From positions 10,888 to 74,887 of the forward strand of contig CAYUBQ010000002.1 in NCBI GenBank assembly GCA_964443135.1: a stretch of 64,000 bases of DNA. Direction: 5' to 3'. This DNA is from an uncultured Desulfobacterales bacterium (GTDB lineage Bacteria > Desulfobacterota > DSM-4660 > Desulfatiglandales > HGW-15). Under the pieces are notes generated by a model. It worked only from the letters and a program-made list of their open reading frames with translations, ran no database searches and had not been told where the DNA came from. The translations under genes were made by a program, and so were the position numbers. Below are positions 1 to 8,911 of the stretch, one piece after another; the stretch's first letter is position 1; each line of letters begins with the position of its first letter.

Positions 1-606
1 GAAGAAGGCGAACCCCCCGCTCCGGCTCTTGCGGGACCGGGTCCCGGATGCGGCCGGCACCTGCCCGGTGAGCTCCACACCCTCGCTCTTCGCCAGGATC
101 TGCGCCACGGCCGCGGCCCCCATGAGGAGCCCTTCGCCGTACCGGTCGTTTTTCAGGTGGGGGACCATGTACCGGTCCCGCACCTCGCCGGCGAGCCCGT
201 CCGGGATCACCCCCTCGGTGCCGTAGCCCACCTCGATCCGCATCTTGCGTTCCTCGACCGTCACGAACAGGAGGACCCCCTTGTCCTCTCCCTCCTTGCC
301 GATGCCCCAGGTCTCGTAGAGCCGGGTGGCGTACTCGTTGTAGTCGGCGCCGCCGATGTCCGGCATGGTCACCACCACCACCGGGATCCCGGTCTTCCGG
401 TAGAGCTCACCGACCACGGCCTCGATCCGCCGCTCCTGGTCCAGGGGAACCACCTCGGCGAAGTCGTTGACCGGGCCGCGGGGCTCGGGAAGGGGCCGCT
501 CGGCCGCAGCCGGCCCGGCAAGGGTCAGGAAAAGCGCCGCCAGGAAGAACGGCCGCACCCAGGGGCGCGCTGCCGGGGCCTTGCGTGGACTGAAGGGTGT
601 GGACAT
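1..606 (-). CDS. TPM domain-containing protein (YgcG/TLP18.3-like) with signal peptide; C-terminal end runs off the window
   Basis: Not in the ORF track because there is no stop in the window. Hand translation from the ATG (complement of 604-606) gives MSTPFSPRKAPAARPWVRPFFLAALFLTLAGPAAAERPLPEPRGPVNDFAEVV...GIPVVVVTMPDIGG...GVLLFVTVEERKMRIEVGYGTEGVIPD, the TPM/YgcG pattern. The 606 nt equal 202 codons, in phase to position 1. Confidence 0.75.
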   Translation of the reverse strand, partial: MSTPFSPRKAPAARPWVRPFFLAALFLTLAGPAAAERPLPEPRGPVNDFAEVVPLDQERRIEAVVGELYRKTGIPVVVVTMPDIGGADYNEYATRLYETWGIGKEGEDKGVLLFVTVEERKMRIEVGYGTEGVIPDGLAGEVRDRYMVPHLKNDRYGEGLLMGAAAVAQILAKSEGVELTGQVPAASGTRSRKSRSGGFAFF

Positions 607-669
607 GGAAGATCCGATTCGTTGGGGTTTGCTTCGCCCGGCCCCGGGAAGGCCGGGCACACTGGGGCC

Positions 670-698
670 ACCATACGGTTCCGCCCCCGGTTTGTCAA
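670..698 (-). promoter_or_regulatory. sigma70-type promoter candidate for the TPM gene (TTGACA-N17-TATGGT on minus strand)
   Basis: -35 is the complement of 693-698 and -10 is the complement of 670-675. The -35 sits in the loop of a CCCGGTT/AACCGGG palindrome. Confidence 0.4.
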
Positions 699-738
699 CC
701 GGGCGCGGGCACCGGGCGCGGCCTCTGCGCCTTTTGCT

Positions 739-767
739 TTGACAACCCCCCGCCCCTTTCCTATGCT
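739..767 (+). promoter_or_regulatory. sigma70-type promoter candidate for nadC (TTGACA-N17-TATGCT)
   Basis: TTGACA at 739-744, a 17-nt spacer, and TATGCT at 762-767, about 40 nt upstream of the nadC ATG. Confidence 0.45.
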
Positions 768-807
768 CATTTCCAGGAGTTCGAACCGGTTACGATCGAG
801 GAGACCC

Positions 808-1677
808 ATGGACCCGCCGCTTCCCGAAATCGACCTCACCTCCCTGCTCGACCTGGCCCTCCGGGAGGACCTGGGACGCGCCGGGGACGTCACCTCCCTC
901 GCCGTGCTGGATGAACAGGCCCGGGGGGAGGCCGTGGTCCGGAGCAAGGAGACCGGTGTCCTGGCCGGCGCCTTCCTCCTCGCGCCCCTGTTCGCCCGGC
1001 TCGATCCGGGCCTCGAGGTGAGGGCGCTCCTGGAGGACGGGGCGCGGCTCGAGCGGGGCCGCGAGATCTGCCGCCTCTCCGGCGCCCTGGCCCCGATCCT
1101 CGCAGGTGAGCGCACGGCCCTCAACTTTCTCCAGCGGTTGAGCGGCATCGCCACCCGGACGGATCGTTTCGTCTCCCTGGTCCGGGGAACCCGCGCCGCG
1201 ATCCTGGACACCCGGAAGACGACGCCGGGGCTCCGCGCCCTGGAGAAGCGGGCGGTCCTGGCCGGGGGGGGACGGAACCACCGGTTCGGGCTCCACGACA
1301 TGATCCTCATCAAGGACACCCACGTCGCAGCGTGCGGGGGCCCAGGCAGGGCGGTCCGCAAGGCCGTCGACTTTCGCAGGGCCCGTCCGGAACGGGCCCG
1401 CCTCAGGATCGAGGTGGAGGTCCAGTCCAGGGCCGAGTTCGAGGAGGCCCTCTCGGCCGGACCCGACCGGATCATGCTGGACAACATGCCCCCCGGGCGA
1501 ATGGCCGACTGCGTCCGGCTCCGGGACGCCCGGTCCCCCGGCGTCGAGCTCGAGGCGAGCGGGAACGTCACCGAGGAGACCCTCCGCGCCGTGGCCGGGA
1601 GCGGCGTGGACTTCATCTCGGCCGGCGGTCTCACCCACAGCGTCCGCGCCCTGGACATCCACCTGATCGTTCTCTGA
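808..1677 (+). CDS. nadC: nicotinate-nucleotide diphosphorylase (carboxylating), quinolinate phosphoribosyltransferase
   Basis: Inner part of track ORF 157..1677, starting at MDPPLPEIDL (ATG 808). Contains the ERTALNFLQRLSGIAT, LDTRKTTPGLR, KDTH and MLDNM motifs typical of NadC. Confidence 0.92.
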   Translation: MDPPLPEIDLTSLLDLALREDLGRAGDVTSLAVLDEQARGEAVVRSKETGVLAGAFLLAPLFARLDPGLEVRALLEDGARLERGREICRLSGALAPILAGERTALNFLQRLSGIATRTDRFVSLVRGTRAAILDTRKTTPGLRALEKRAVLAGGGRNHRFGLHDMILIKDTHVAACGGPGRAVRKAVDFRRARPERARLRIEVEVQSRAEFEEALSAGPDRIMLDNMPPGRMADCVRLRDARSPGVELEASGNVTEETLRAVAGSGVDFISAGGLTHSVRALDIHLIVL

Positions 1678-1718
1678 GCCGCAGGGCTGGTGCCGGTCTG
1701 CAGCAGGCCCCTCTCCGC

Positions 1719-1747
1719 TTGACAGCGGGGCCCCCTCTTCTTATATT
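1719..1747 (+). promoter_or_regulatory. sigma70-type promoter candidate (TTGACA-N17-TATATT)
   Basis: Near-consensus hexamers with a 17-nt spacer, 58 nt upstream of the NifX-like gene. Confidence 0.5.
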
Positions 1748-1804
1748 GCATGCGGTTCCGGGCCCATGCGGCCCGGCCCTTCATCCAAACCCCGGAGAAG
1801 AACC

Positions 1805-2191
1805 ATGAAGATCGCGTTTCCCGTGGAAGAGAACAACGGCCTCGACAGCCCGGTGTACAGCCACTTCGGATCTGCCCCGTGGTTCGTCCTCACCGACGCG
1901 CAGAGCGAGCGGCTCGAGACCGTGACCAACGAGGACGCTCACCACGAGCACGGCCGCTGTCAGCCGGTCCAGGCCCTCGGGGGAAGGCCGGTGGACGCGG
2001 TGGTGGTCGGCGGCATCGGGGCGGGGGCCCTCCGCAAGCTCCAGGCCGAGGGCGTTCGGGTCTTTCGTGGTGTGGAAGGAAGCGTCCGCGAGAACCTGGA
2101 CCTGCTCAACGCCGGCAAGCTGCCCGAGTTCGCCTTCGAGATGACCTGCGCGGGTCACGGGAGCGGAGAAGGGTGTAACCACCACGGGTGA
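1805..2191 (+). CDS. NifB/NifX family (dinitrogenase FeMo-cofactor-binding fold) protein
   Basis: MKIAFPVEENNGLDSPVYSHFGSAPWFVLTD...VDAVVVGGIGAGALRKLQAEGVRVF. Start moved to ATG 1805 inside track ORF 1766..2191. Confidence 0.8.
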   Translation: MKIAFPVEENNGLDSPVYSHFGSAPWFVLTDAQSERLETVTNEDAHHEHGRCQPVQALGGRPVDAVVVGGIGAGALRKLQAEGVRVFRGVEGSVRENLDLLNAGKLPEFAFEMTCAGHGSGEGCNHHG

Positions 2192-2263
2192 CGGCCGCGG
2201 CCTACTCGGCAACCGGCTGAGGGCGCCCCGCCCTCGCGAACCACCTCCACGGAGGAACAGGAC

Positions 2264-2521
2264 ATGCCTCTCCACGACCATCTCTGCCTGGACTGCGGGC
2301 AAACCACCGAGCTGCTGGTCATCGCGGAGGACGACGAGGTCCGCTGCGGGGCATGCGGCGGCACGAACCTCAAACGACTCCTCAGCGCCCACTCCTCGCT
2401 CTCGGGAACCGCCCGGAACGCCATGCCGGGCCCCGGCGACACGGCCTGCTGCGGCAGTTCGCCCGACCGGGCCTCGTGCGCCGGCCCGGGTAGCTGCTGT
2501 GGGAAGGGACCGGCACACTGA
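2264..2521 (+). CDS. FmdB-family zinc-ribbon protein (CxxC...CxxC), Cys-rich tail
   Basis: MPLHDHLCLDCGQTTELLVIAEDDEVRCGACGGTNLKRLLS, the typical FmdB/CxxC_CxxC_SSSS N-terminus. Confidence 0.7.
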   Translation: MPLHDHLCLDCGQTTELLVIAEDDEVRCGACGGTNLKRLLSAHSSLSGTARNAMPGPGDTACCGSSPDRASCAGPGSCCGKGPAH

Positions 2522-2545
2522 CATCGGAAGGACGGCCGAACCTCG

Positions 2546-2833
2546 TCAGCCCGATTTTTCGTTGATCTTGTCGCGAAGCACCGAGGAGTACTTGAAGGTG
2601 ACCACCCGCCGCTCGGGGAGGATCAGATTCTCGCCGCTCTGGGGGTTTCTGCCTCTCCGGGTCCTCTTCCGTTTCATGCAGAACTTCCCGAAGCCCGACA
2701 GCAGGACGTCCTCCCCCTGGGCCAGGGTCTCTTTGATGATCTTCAGCAGGGACTCCACCAGTTCCACCGCATCTTTTCGCTTGTATCCCTGTTCGGCCAG
2801 GGACTCCACCAGGTCCGCCTTCGTCAGTGCCAT
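2546..2833 (-). CDS. ihfA: integration host factor alpha-like (HU/IHF family DNA-bending protein)
   Basis: MALTKADLVESLAEQ...LSGFGKFCMKRKRTRRGRNPQSGENLILPERRVVTFKYS. Start at the internal ATG (complement of 2831-2833) of track ORF 2546..2914. Confidence 0.85.
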   Translation of the reverse strand: MALTKADLVESLAEQGYKRKDAVELVESLLKIIKETLAQGEDVLLSGFGKFCMKRKRTRRGRNPQSGENLILPERRVVTFKYSSVLRDKINEKSG

Positions 2834-2928
2834 GGGACAGGCTCCCCGCAAGATCAACGCCGCGATTGACCGTGTGCAGCCCCCACTCGGGGCCCGAACG
2901 GTTGCTTCCTCCAATGGGCCGTAGGCTG

Positions 2929-2957
2929 AACCTAGTTCCAGGTGTTTGGAAAGTCAA
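2929..2957 (-). promoter_or_regulatory. sigma70-type promoter candidate for ihfA (TTGACT-N17-TAGGTT on minus strand)
   Basis: -35 is the complement of 2952-2957 and -10 is the complement of 2929-2934. Confidence 0.35.
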
Positions 2958-3059
2958 GACAAAAGGGACGTTTCTTGTTTCTTTCGGCGACGTTTGACGG
3001 CTTCGCAATCGCCCCCTCTGCGGCCGCGTTCGGGCCCTCCCGCCGGTCTCGAAAAGGGC

Positions 3060-3088
3060 TTGAACATCCCGTCCTACCCGTCCATAAT
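3060..3088 (+). promoter_or_regulatory. sigma70-type promoter candidate for ubiE (TTGAAC-N17-CATAAT)
   Basis: Hexamers at 3060-3065 and 3083-3088. Confidence 0.4.
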
Positions 3089-3165
3089 GCCCCAGCCCCT
3101 TCGTTCCCGCCAACCGGGCCGGGCGTCTCGACCCCGACCGGACCCTCGAACCTCTGGACAAGGCC

Positions 3166-3909
3166 ATGACCAGCGCGACCGAGCCCTCCCCGGCCCTCCC
3201 TCGAACCGATCCCGAGCACGCGCACCTCATCCGCCGCATCTTCGCCTCGGTCACGGGGACCTACGACTTCCTGAACCATGTCCTGAGCGTCCGGCGCGAC
3301 GTGGCGTGGCGGAGGAAGACCGTCGGCGAGATCCGTTTCTTCCGCACCCGCCGCCTGCTGGACGTGGCCACCGGAACCTGCGACCTGGCCGTCGAGGCCG
3401 CGCGGAGGCACCCGGACATCCGCGTGGTGGGCGCCGACCTGGTCCCGGAGATGATGGTGCGCGGCCGGGCCAAGATCCGGCGCTCCGGCCTCTCCTCCCG
3501 GGTCCGGCTCGTCCAGGGGGACGCCCTGGCCCTTCCCTTCGAGGACGGGGCGTTCGACGCGGCGGCCGTGGCCTTCGGCATCCGGAACATGCCCGACCGG
3601 GTCGCCGCGCTCCGGGAGATGGCCCGGGTGGTGGCTCCCGGCGGTCTCGTCCTGGTCCTGGAGATGGCCCTGCCGCGGTCACCGGCCTTCCGGCGCCTCT
3701 ACGAACTCTATCTGAACCGGATCCTCCCCCGGGTGGCCCGGTTCTTCTCCCCGAACCCCGACGCCTACCGCTACCTGGCCCGGTCCATCATGGACTTCCC
3801 CGATCCCGACACCTTTGCCGGGCTCGTGCGGAGCGCGGGGCTCGAGGGGGTGGAGATCCATCCCCTCACCTTCGGCATCGCCTACCTGCACACCGGGCGC
3901 AAGCCCTAA
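3166..3909 (+). CDS. ubiE: demethylmenaquinone / ubiquinone biosynthesis C-methyltransferase UbiE/MenG
   Basis: IFASVTGTYDFLNHVLSVRRDVAWRR, LDVATGTCDLA and AFGIRNMPD motifs of the UbiE/MenG SAM methyltransferases. Confidence 0.88.
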   Translation: MTSATEPSPALPRTDPEHAHLIRRIFASVTGTYDFLNHVLSVRRDVAWRRKTVGEIRFFRTRRLLDVATGTCDLAVEAARRHPDIRVVGADLVPEMMVRGRAKIRRSGLSSRVRLVQGDALALPFEDGAFDAAAVAFGIRNMPDRVAALREMARVVAPGGLVLVLEMALPRSPAFRRLYELYLNRILPRVARFFSPNPDAYRYLARSIMDFPDPDTFAGLVRSAGLEGVEIHPLTFGIAYLHTGRKP

Positions 3910-3938
3910 CACAAAGCTCACGAAATCCAAATCCTCTG

Positions 3939-3966
3939 CTGACATCCGGACTTTACATGGTATACT
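3939..3966 (+). promoter_or_regulatory. sigma70-type promoter candidate for the response regulator/kinase pair (CTGACA-N16-TATACT)
   Basis: -35 at 3939-3944 and -10 at 3961-3966, preceded by TGG (extended -10-like). Confidence 0.45.
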
Positions 3967-4049
3967 CGTGATCGCTTCGAAGCGGCCCGGCGGTTCCGCG
4001 GTCTCTTGGCAGACCCTTTCAACCTCAACGAGCTCAGGCGAGCGACAAC

Positions 4050-4742
4050 ATGGGAAAAGAACAGATCCTGGTCGTTGACGACGAGGAGGACATCCTGGAG
4101 CTCGTCCGGTTCCACCTGGAACGGGAAGGACACCCGGTCGGCTGCGCCGAGACCGGAGAGAAGGCCCTCGAGCTGGCGCGCGCCGAGAGGCCCGCGCTCG
4201 TGCTCCTCGACCTCATGCTGCCGGGAATCGACGGCCTCGAGGTGGCGAGGCTGATGAAGGCGGACCAGGCCCTCCGGGACATCCCCATCGTGATGCTCAC
4301 GGCCAAGGGGGAGGAGGCCGACGTGGTCACCGGCCTGGAGCTCGGTGCGGACGACTACGTGACCAAGCCCTTCAGCCCCCGGGTCCTGCTCGCGCGGGTC
4401 AAGGCGGTGCTCCGGCGCGGTGGCCGAATGGCGCCCGAACCGGACGAGACCGGCGTCATCCGGCGCCACAACCTCGTCATCCACCCGGGACGCCGCGAGG
4501 TGCTCGTGGACGAGAAGCCCGTCTCCCTGACCTACACGGAGTTCGCCGTCCTGGCCTACCTGGCCCGGCGGCCCGGATGGGTCTTCACCCGGACCCAGAT
4601 CGTGGACGCAGTGCGGGGGGACGACTACCCGGTCACGGACCGATCCGTCGACGTCCAGATCGTGGGGCTCCGCCGAAAGCTCGGCGAGGCCGGGTCCTTC
4701 GTGGAGACCGTCCGCGGCGTCGGATACCGATTCAAGGAGTGA
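4050..4742 (+). CDS. OmpR/PhoB-family response regulator (REC + winged helix)
   Basis: ILVVDDEEDILELV...LVLLDLMLPGIDG...MLTAKGEE...DDYVTKPF...GVGYRF. PhoB-like by sequence and by neighbourhood (PhoR-like kinase, PiT, DUF47). Confidence 0.9.
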   Translation: MGKEQILVVDDEEDILELVRFHLEREGHPVGCAETGEKALELARAERPALVLLDLMLPGIDGLEVARLMKADQALRDIPIVMLTAKGEEADVVTGLELGADDYVTKPFSPRVLLARVKAVLRRGGRMAPEPDETGVIRRHNLVIHPGRREVLVDEKPVSLTYTEFAVLAYLARRPGWVFTRTQIVDAVRGDDYPVTDRSVDVQIVGLRRKLGEAGSFVETVRGVGYRFKE

Positions 4743-4844
4743 CGCATTCGCAAGAACCCGCTCACGCGCCGCGGGTAGCGCTATAACCCGTTGAAATGCC
4801 GTGGGCAGATCTCGAGGTTTCGGGCTTCTTGCGACACCATCAAG
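4740..4844 (+). repeat. copy A of a ~106-nt intergenic repeat family (head TGACGCATTCGCAA, core CAGATCTCGAGG)
   Basis: Hand alignment to copy B (30206-30311): 31/33 identical at the head, a 12/12 core, and about three quarters identity overall with one 1-nt indel. Confidence 0.8.
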
Positions 4845-4857
4845 GAGTGAGCAGACC

Positions 4858-6666
4858 GTGCCCGGAAAGCCCCGACTCCTCTGGCAGCTCTTTCTCACCT
4901 ACCTGCTCATCATCGTTCTGTCCCTGGGCGCCGCGACCTGGTTCGCCGCGAGGACCTTCGACCGGTTCCTCCACGAGCAGTACGCGGCGGACCTGGAGGC
5001 GCGGGCCCGCATCCTGGAGAGCCAGTTCTCCTCCCTGCTCCTCCGAGGCGCCTACGACCGCATCGACCGCCTGGCCAAGGAGATCGGGGAGAAGTCCGCC
5101 ACCCGCGTCACCGTGATCCTGCCTTCCGGCCGGGTGGTCGGCGACACCCACGAGGACCCGGCCGTGATGGACAATCACGCGGACCGGGTGGAGGTGTCCA
5201 GGGCCGTCCGGACCGGGCTGGGCGTGTCCAACCGCTACAGCCGGACCCTGCGGCAGGAGATGATGTACGTCGGGCTCGGCCTCGAGCACGAGTCCGGGCT
5301 CCTCGGCGTGCTCCGGACCGCCGTCCCCTTCACCCCCATCGACCGCGCCATCGGCCGTATGACCTCCAGGGTCCTGCTCGGCGGGATCCTCATCGCCCTG
5401 CTCGCCGCGGGCCTCAGCCTCTGGATCTCCAGGCGTCACTCCCGGCCCCTCGAGGCGATGAAGGAAGGGGCCGAGCGCTTCGCCGCGGGCGATCTGGCCT
5501 TTCGGCTCCCCGTGCCCGACTCCGAGGAGATGAGCGCCCTGGCGGGCGCTCTGAACCGGATGGCCACCGAGCTGGACGAACGGCTCCGGGACATTCGGAG
5601 GCAGCGGAACCAGCTCGAGGCCGTGCTCTCGAGCATGGTGGAGGGCGTCATCGCCCTGGACGTCGAAGAGCGCGTGATCCGGATGAACCGGGCCGCGGCC
5701 CGCATGCTGCAATGCAGCCCGGCCGAGGCGCGCGGGCGGAGCATCCAGGAGGTTTCCAGGAGCAGCGGCCTCCAGCGGTTCGTCGCCGAGGCCCTGGAGA
5801 GCGACGCCCTGGTGGAACGGGACCTGAGCATCTATGCCGAGGGGGACCGGATCGTCCGCGCCCACGGTACCGGTCTCTGGGACGAACGGGGCGCCCGTAT
5901 GGGGGTCCTCATCGTGCTGAACGACATCACCCGGCTGAGGCGGCTCGAGAACGTCCGCCGGGACTTCGTGGCCAACGTGAGCCACGAGATCAAGACGCCC
6001 GTCACGGCGATCCGGGGGTTCGTGGAAACGCTTCGGGAGATGGCGCCGGGAGAGGAGCCTGAGAACAACCGCAGATTCCTGGAGATCATCGCCCGGCACG
6101 TGGAGCGGCTGGAGGCCCTGCTGGAGGACCTGCTCGATCTCTCCCGGATCGAGGAAGAGGAGGAGGCCGGGGGCATCGGGCTCCGGTCCGGGCATTTGGC
6201 GGACGTCCTCCAAGGGGCGGCCGGGATGGTGAGGGAGAAGAACGGGGTGCGGGAGGACCCGTTTCGCATCGCCTGCCCGCCCGACCTCCTGGTCCCCATG
6301 AACCCGATCCTCCTGGAGCAGGCCTTCGTGAACCTCCTGGAGAATGCCGTCAAGTACAGCCCCCCGGGAAGCGAGGTGCACGTCTCCGCCGCAAGGGCCG
6401 AAGGCGAGGTCGTGGTGCGGGTCGAGGACCGGGGCGCGGGGATTGCCGCGGAGCACCTGGATCGCATCTTCGAGCGCTTCTACCGGGTGGACCGGTCCAG
6501 GAGCCGAAAGCTGGGCGGGACGGGGCTGGGCCTGGCCATCGTGAAGCACGTGGTCCAGGTCCACGGGGGACGCGTGGAGGTGGAGAGCATCCCGGGCAAG
6601 GGAAGCACGTTCACGGTCCGGCTGGGAATCGCCGGGGAGGCCTCCCCCTCGGTCTCGACGAGATAG
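4858..6666 (+). CDS. PhoR-like sensor histidine kinase (2 TM, periplasmic domain, HAMP, PAS, HisKA, HATPase_c)
   Basis: RDFVANVSHEIKTPVTAIRGF H-box, plus NLLENAVKYS, DRGAGI and GGTGLGLAIVKH boxes. I prefer the GTG 4858 start, with AAGGAG at 4842-4847, over the track start at 4801. Confidence 0.88.
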   Translation: MPGKPRLLWQLFLTYLLIIVLSLGAATWFAARTFDRFLHEQYAADLEARARILESQFSSLLLRGAYDRIDRLAKEIGEKSATRVTVILPSGRVVGDTHEDPAVMDNHADRVEVSRAVRTGLGVSNRYSRTLRQEMMYVGLGLEHESGLLGVLRTAVPFTPIDRAIGRMTSRVLLGGILIALLAAGLSLWISRRHSRPLEAMKEGAERFAAGDLAFRLPVPDSEEMSALAGALNRMATELDERLRDIRRQRNQLEAVLSSMVEGVIALDVEERVIRMNRAAARMLQCSPAEARGRSIQEVSRSSGLQRFVAEALESDALVERDLSIYAEGDRIVRAHGTGLWDERGARMGVLIVLNDITRLRRLENVRRDFVANVSHEIKTPVTAIRGFVETLREMAPGEEPENNRRFLEIIARHVERLEALLEDLLDLSRIEEEEEAGGIGLRSGHLADVLQGAAGMVREKNGVREDPFRIACPPDLLVPMNPILLEQAFVNLLENAVKYSPPGSEVHVSAARAEGEVVVRVEDRGAGIAAEHLDRIFERFYRVDRSRSRKLGGTGLGLAIVKHVVQVHGGRVEVESIPGKGSTFTVRLGIAGEASPSVSTR

Positions 6667-6687
6667 CGTCCCCGGAACGGTCGCGCG

Positions 6688-7353
6688 CTACTCGGCGATC
6701 ATGGCCCGCATCATGTCCGAGGCGTTCTGGGCGTGGTCCGCGATGGAGCCGATGGTCTCCATGAGCCGGATCAGGTGGAACACGGTCAGGGGGTCCTCGA
6801 CCGTGCTGAAGACCTTGTGGATCAGCTCCCGTTCCAGGTGGTCGGCCTCGTGCTCGGCCTGGCGGATGTCGCGGATGATGGACTTGATCTCGTTCCGAAG
6901 GGCCTCGGACGGGGACTTGAAAAACTCGGCAGCCTTGTCCACGAGCGGGGACAGCGCCTCGATGGCGGGAATGACCTTCCCCACCAGGAAGAGCGTGTCC
7001 TCCCCCACCTCGTCATCGAGGCCCTGGGGCCGGTACGCCAGCCAGTAGAGGGACTCCTCCACCGCGTCCACCACCTTGTCCTGCTCCCGCAGGTACATGA
7101 AGAACTGGAACTTGTCCACCGGCATGAGCACGCCCTTGGGAAGGTGTCCGCGGATGTTCCGCTTGATGGCGTCCGCCTCGGACTCGAGCACGGCCACCTG
7201 GTCCGTGAGGTCGTCGAACATGTCGCACTGCTTGTCCAGGTGGCACTTCACCGCCTTGTGGAACACCCGCGCGCACTCGCTCACCTTGTCCGCATGGCGG
7301 TTGAGGTTCCCGAAGGGAGACTTGTAAAACAGCGACATGAACGTCGTACGCAT
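6688..7353 (-). CDS. DUF47/TIGR00153 family PhoU-like phosphate-transport regulator
   Basis: 221-aa helical protein, ...ESEADAIKRNIRGHL...QAEHEADHLEREL...IGSIADHAQNASDMM, immediately downstream of PiT in the same operon. AAGGGGGA lies 8 nt before the ATG. Confidence 0.8.
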   Translation of the reverse strand: MRTTFMSLFYKSPFGNLNRHADKVSECARVFHKAVKCHLDKQCDMFDDLTDQVAVLESEADAIKRNIRGHLPKGVLMPVDKFQFFMYLREQDKVVDAVEESLYWLAYRPQGLDDEVGEDTLFLVGKVIPAIEALSPLVDKAAEFFKSPSEALRNEIKSIIRDIRQAEHEADHLERELIHKVFSTVEDPLTVFHLIRLMETIGSIADHAQNASDMMRAMIAE

Positions 7354-7371
7354 GGAAGCTTCCCCCTTTGA

Positions 7372-8643
7372 CTACGTAAATAGGGTGACAAGCAGCTTGT
7401 AGATCACCATGGAGAGCACCAGGGTGAACGGGAGGGTGATGAACCAGGAGTAGAGGATGTTCCGGATCACCCGGAGGTCCAGGACCCCCATGCCCCGCAT
7501 GAACCCCACGCCGACGACCGAGCCCACCAGCACGTGGGTCGTGGACACCGGAAGGCCGAGCCGGGAGCAGATCAGGATCGTGGTGGCCGCTCCGAACTCG
7601 GCGCTGAACCCCCGCACGGGGGTGATCTCGGTGATCTTCTTTCCGATGGTCTGCATGACCCGCGAGCCGAAGGCCAGAAGGCCGCCGCCCACGGCGGCCC
7701 CGCCCGCGGCGAGCATCCAGGCCGGGACCTCCACCTGCATGGACACGGTCTGGGTCTTCACCACCGCGAAGATGGCGGCCAGGGGTCCAACGGCGTTGGC
7801 CACGTCGTTTGCGCCGTGGGCGAAGGCCACATAGCAGGCCGTGACGATCTGGAGGTAGAGGAAGACACACTCCACCTTCTCCTCCTCGTCCCCGCGGATC
7901 CAGCGGCACCCCTCGCCGCCGAGGCGGGAGAGCAGGATCTTCCCCGCGTAGCCGGCGGCGAGCGCGAAGGGGACGGCGATGAGGAGGGCCGCGCCGAACC
8001 CCAGGTTCAGGTGCAGGTTTTTCAGCCCCTTGAAGATCACCGACAGGATCAGGACCGTGAACACCACGGTGAGGAGCCACGGGGCGTACCTCTGGGTCTG
8101 CTCGTAGGGGTTCCCGGACGTCTGGATCTTGCGACGTATGAACAGGTACACCCCCCCGCCGATGATGCCGCCTGCCACCGGCGAGATGATCCAGCTCAGC
8201 ACGATGGCGATCACCGTGACCCAGCTCACCGCGCCGAAACCCACGGACATGATGCCGAAGCCCACCACCGCCCCCACGATGGAGTGGGTGGTGGAGACGG
8301 GCAGGCCGAAGTGCGTGGCGATCTGGACCCAGATGCCGGCCGCGAGCAGCGCGGCGAACATGCCCAGAAGGAGCTTCTCCGGGGATCCGGCCAGCAGGCT
8401 CGGGTCGATCATCCCCTTTCGAATGGTGTTGGTCACGTGCCCGCCGGCCATGACCGCGCCGATCATGTTGGCCACTATGGAGACCACCACCGCCTGGTTC
8501 ATGGTCAGGGCGCCCGAGCCGACCGAGGTCCCCATGGCGTTCGCCAGGTCGTTGGCGCCGATGTTGGCCGCCATGTAGAACCCCACGAGCGCCGCAAATC
8601 CCAGGATGTAGTACTCCATACCTGCCGAAAAGAGCTCCAGCAT
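7372..8643 (-). CDS. PiT-family inorganic phosphate transporter
   Basis: Duplicated GANDLANAMGTSVGS / GANDVANAVGP signature. Start taken at MLELFSAGMEYY (complement of 8641-8643) inside track ORF 7372..8808. Confidence 0.9.
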   Translation of the reverse strand: MLELFSAGMEYYILGFAALVGFYMAANIGANDLANAMGTSVGSGALTMNQAVVVSIVANMIGAVMAGGHVTNTIRKGMIDPSLLAGSPEKLLLGMFAALLAAGIWVQIATHFGLPVSTTHSIVGAVVGFGIMSVGFGAVSWVTVIAIVLSWIISPVAGGIIGGGVYLFIRRKIQTSGNPYEQTQRYAPWLLTVVFTVLILSVIFKGLKNLHLNLGFGAALLIAVPFALAAGYAGKILLSRLGGEGCRWIRGDEEEKVECVFLYLQIVTACYVAFAHGANDVANAVGPLAAIFAVVKTQTVSMQVEVPAWMLAAGGAAVGGGLLAFGSRVMQTIGKKITEITPVRGFSAEFGAATTILICSRLGLPVSTTHVLVGSVVGVGFMRGMGVLDLRVIRNILYSWFITLPFTLVLSMVIYKLLVTLFT

Positions 8644-8911
8644 CCGCGTCCGTCTTTTCCCTTTTGCCTCGAGTAGGTGGAGAGTCGTCGTGTGATCCAC
8701 CGCCCGGCGTCTCGCGACCGACGACGGGCGGTCGTTTGTCTTCGAAAACGGACGGATCCATACAGGCCCGATCCCCGGATCTCTACCATTACTCACCCAT
8801 GGAATCAAGGACCTTCAATGGACCCGGACTGCAGAGGTTGTCGAAGTCGGCGTGGGAGGATCACAGCAGCCTGGCGCAGAGCCCGGCCCGCGCTCCTGGG
8901 GCCCGCCGGAG

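Noticed and set aside
776-792. GAGTTCGAACCGG resembling a tRNA T-arm (GTTCGAA)
   Set aside because: The flanking bases do not form the 5-bp T-stem, and no acceptor or anticodon arms can be drawn. It lies in the nadC leader.
525-1784. Several other long track ORFs: 525..1784 -, 4840..6564 -, 7013..8761 -, 7534..8676 +, 10170..11987 +, 12037..13479 -, 12213..13652 +, 13745..15658 +, 16717..18024 +, 18182..20008 -, 22229..23890 -, 22408..24693 +, 28414..30138 +, 28430..30310 -, 31253..33646 -, 44068..45837 -, 46554..48077 -, 48248..50929 -, 48769..51312 +, 52507..53763 +, 53615..55276 +, 56247..57929 +
   Set aside because: Each overlaps, in another frame or strand, a gene with clear family motifs. 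Each has the biased R/P/G/A composition expected of non-coding frames in GC-rich sequence.
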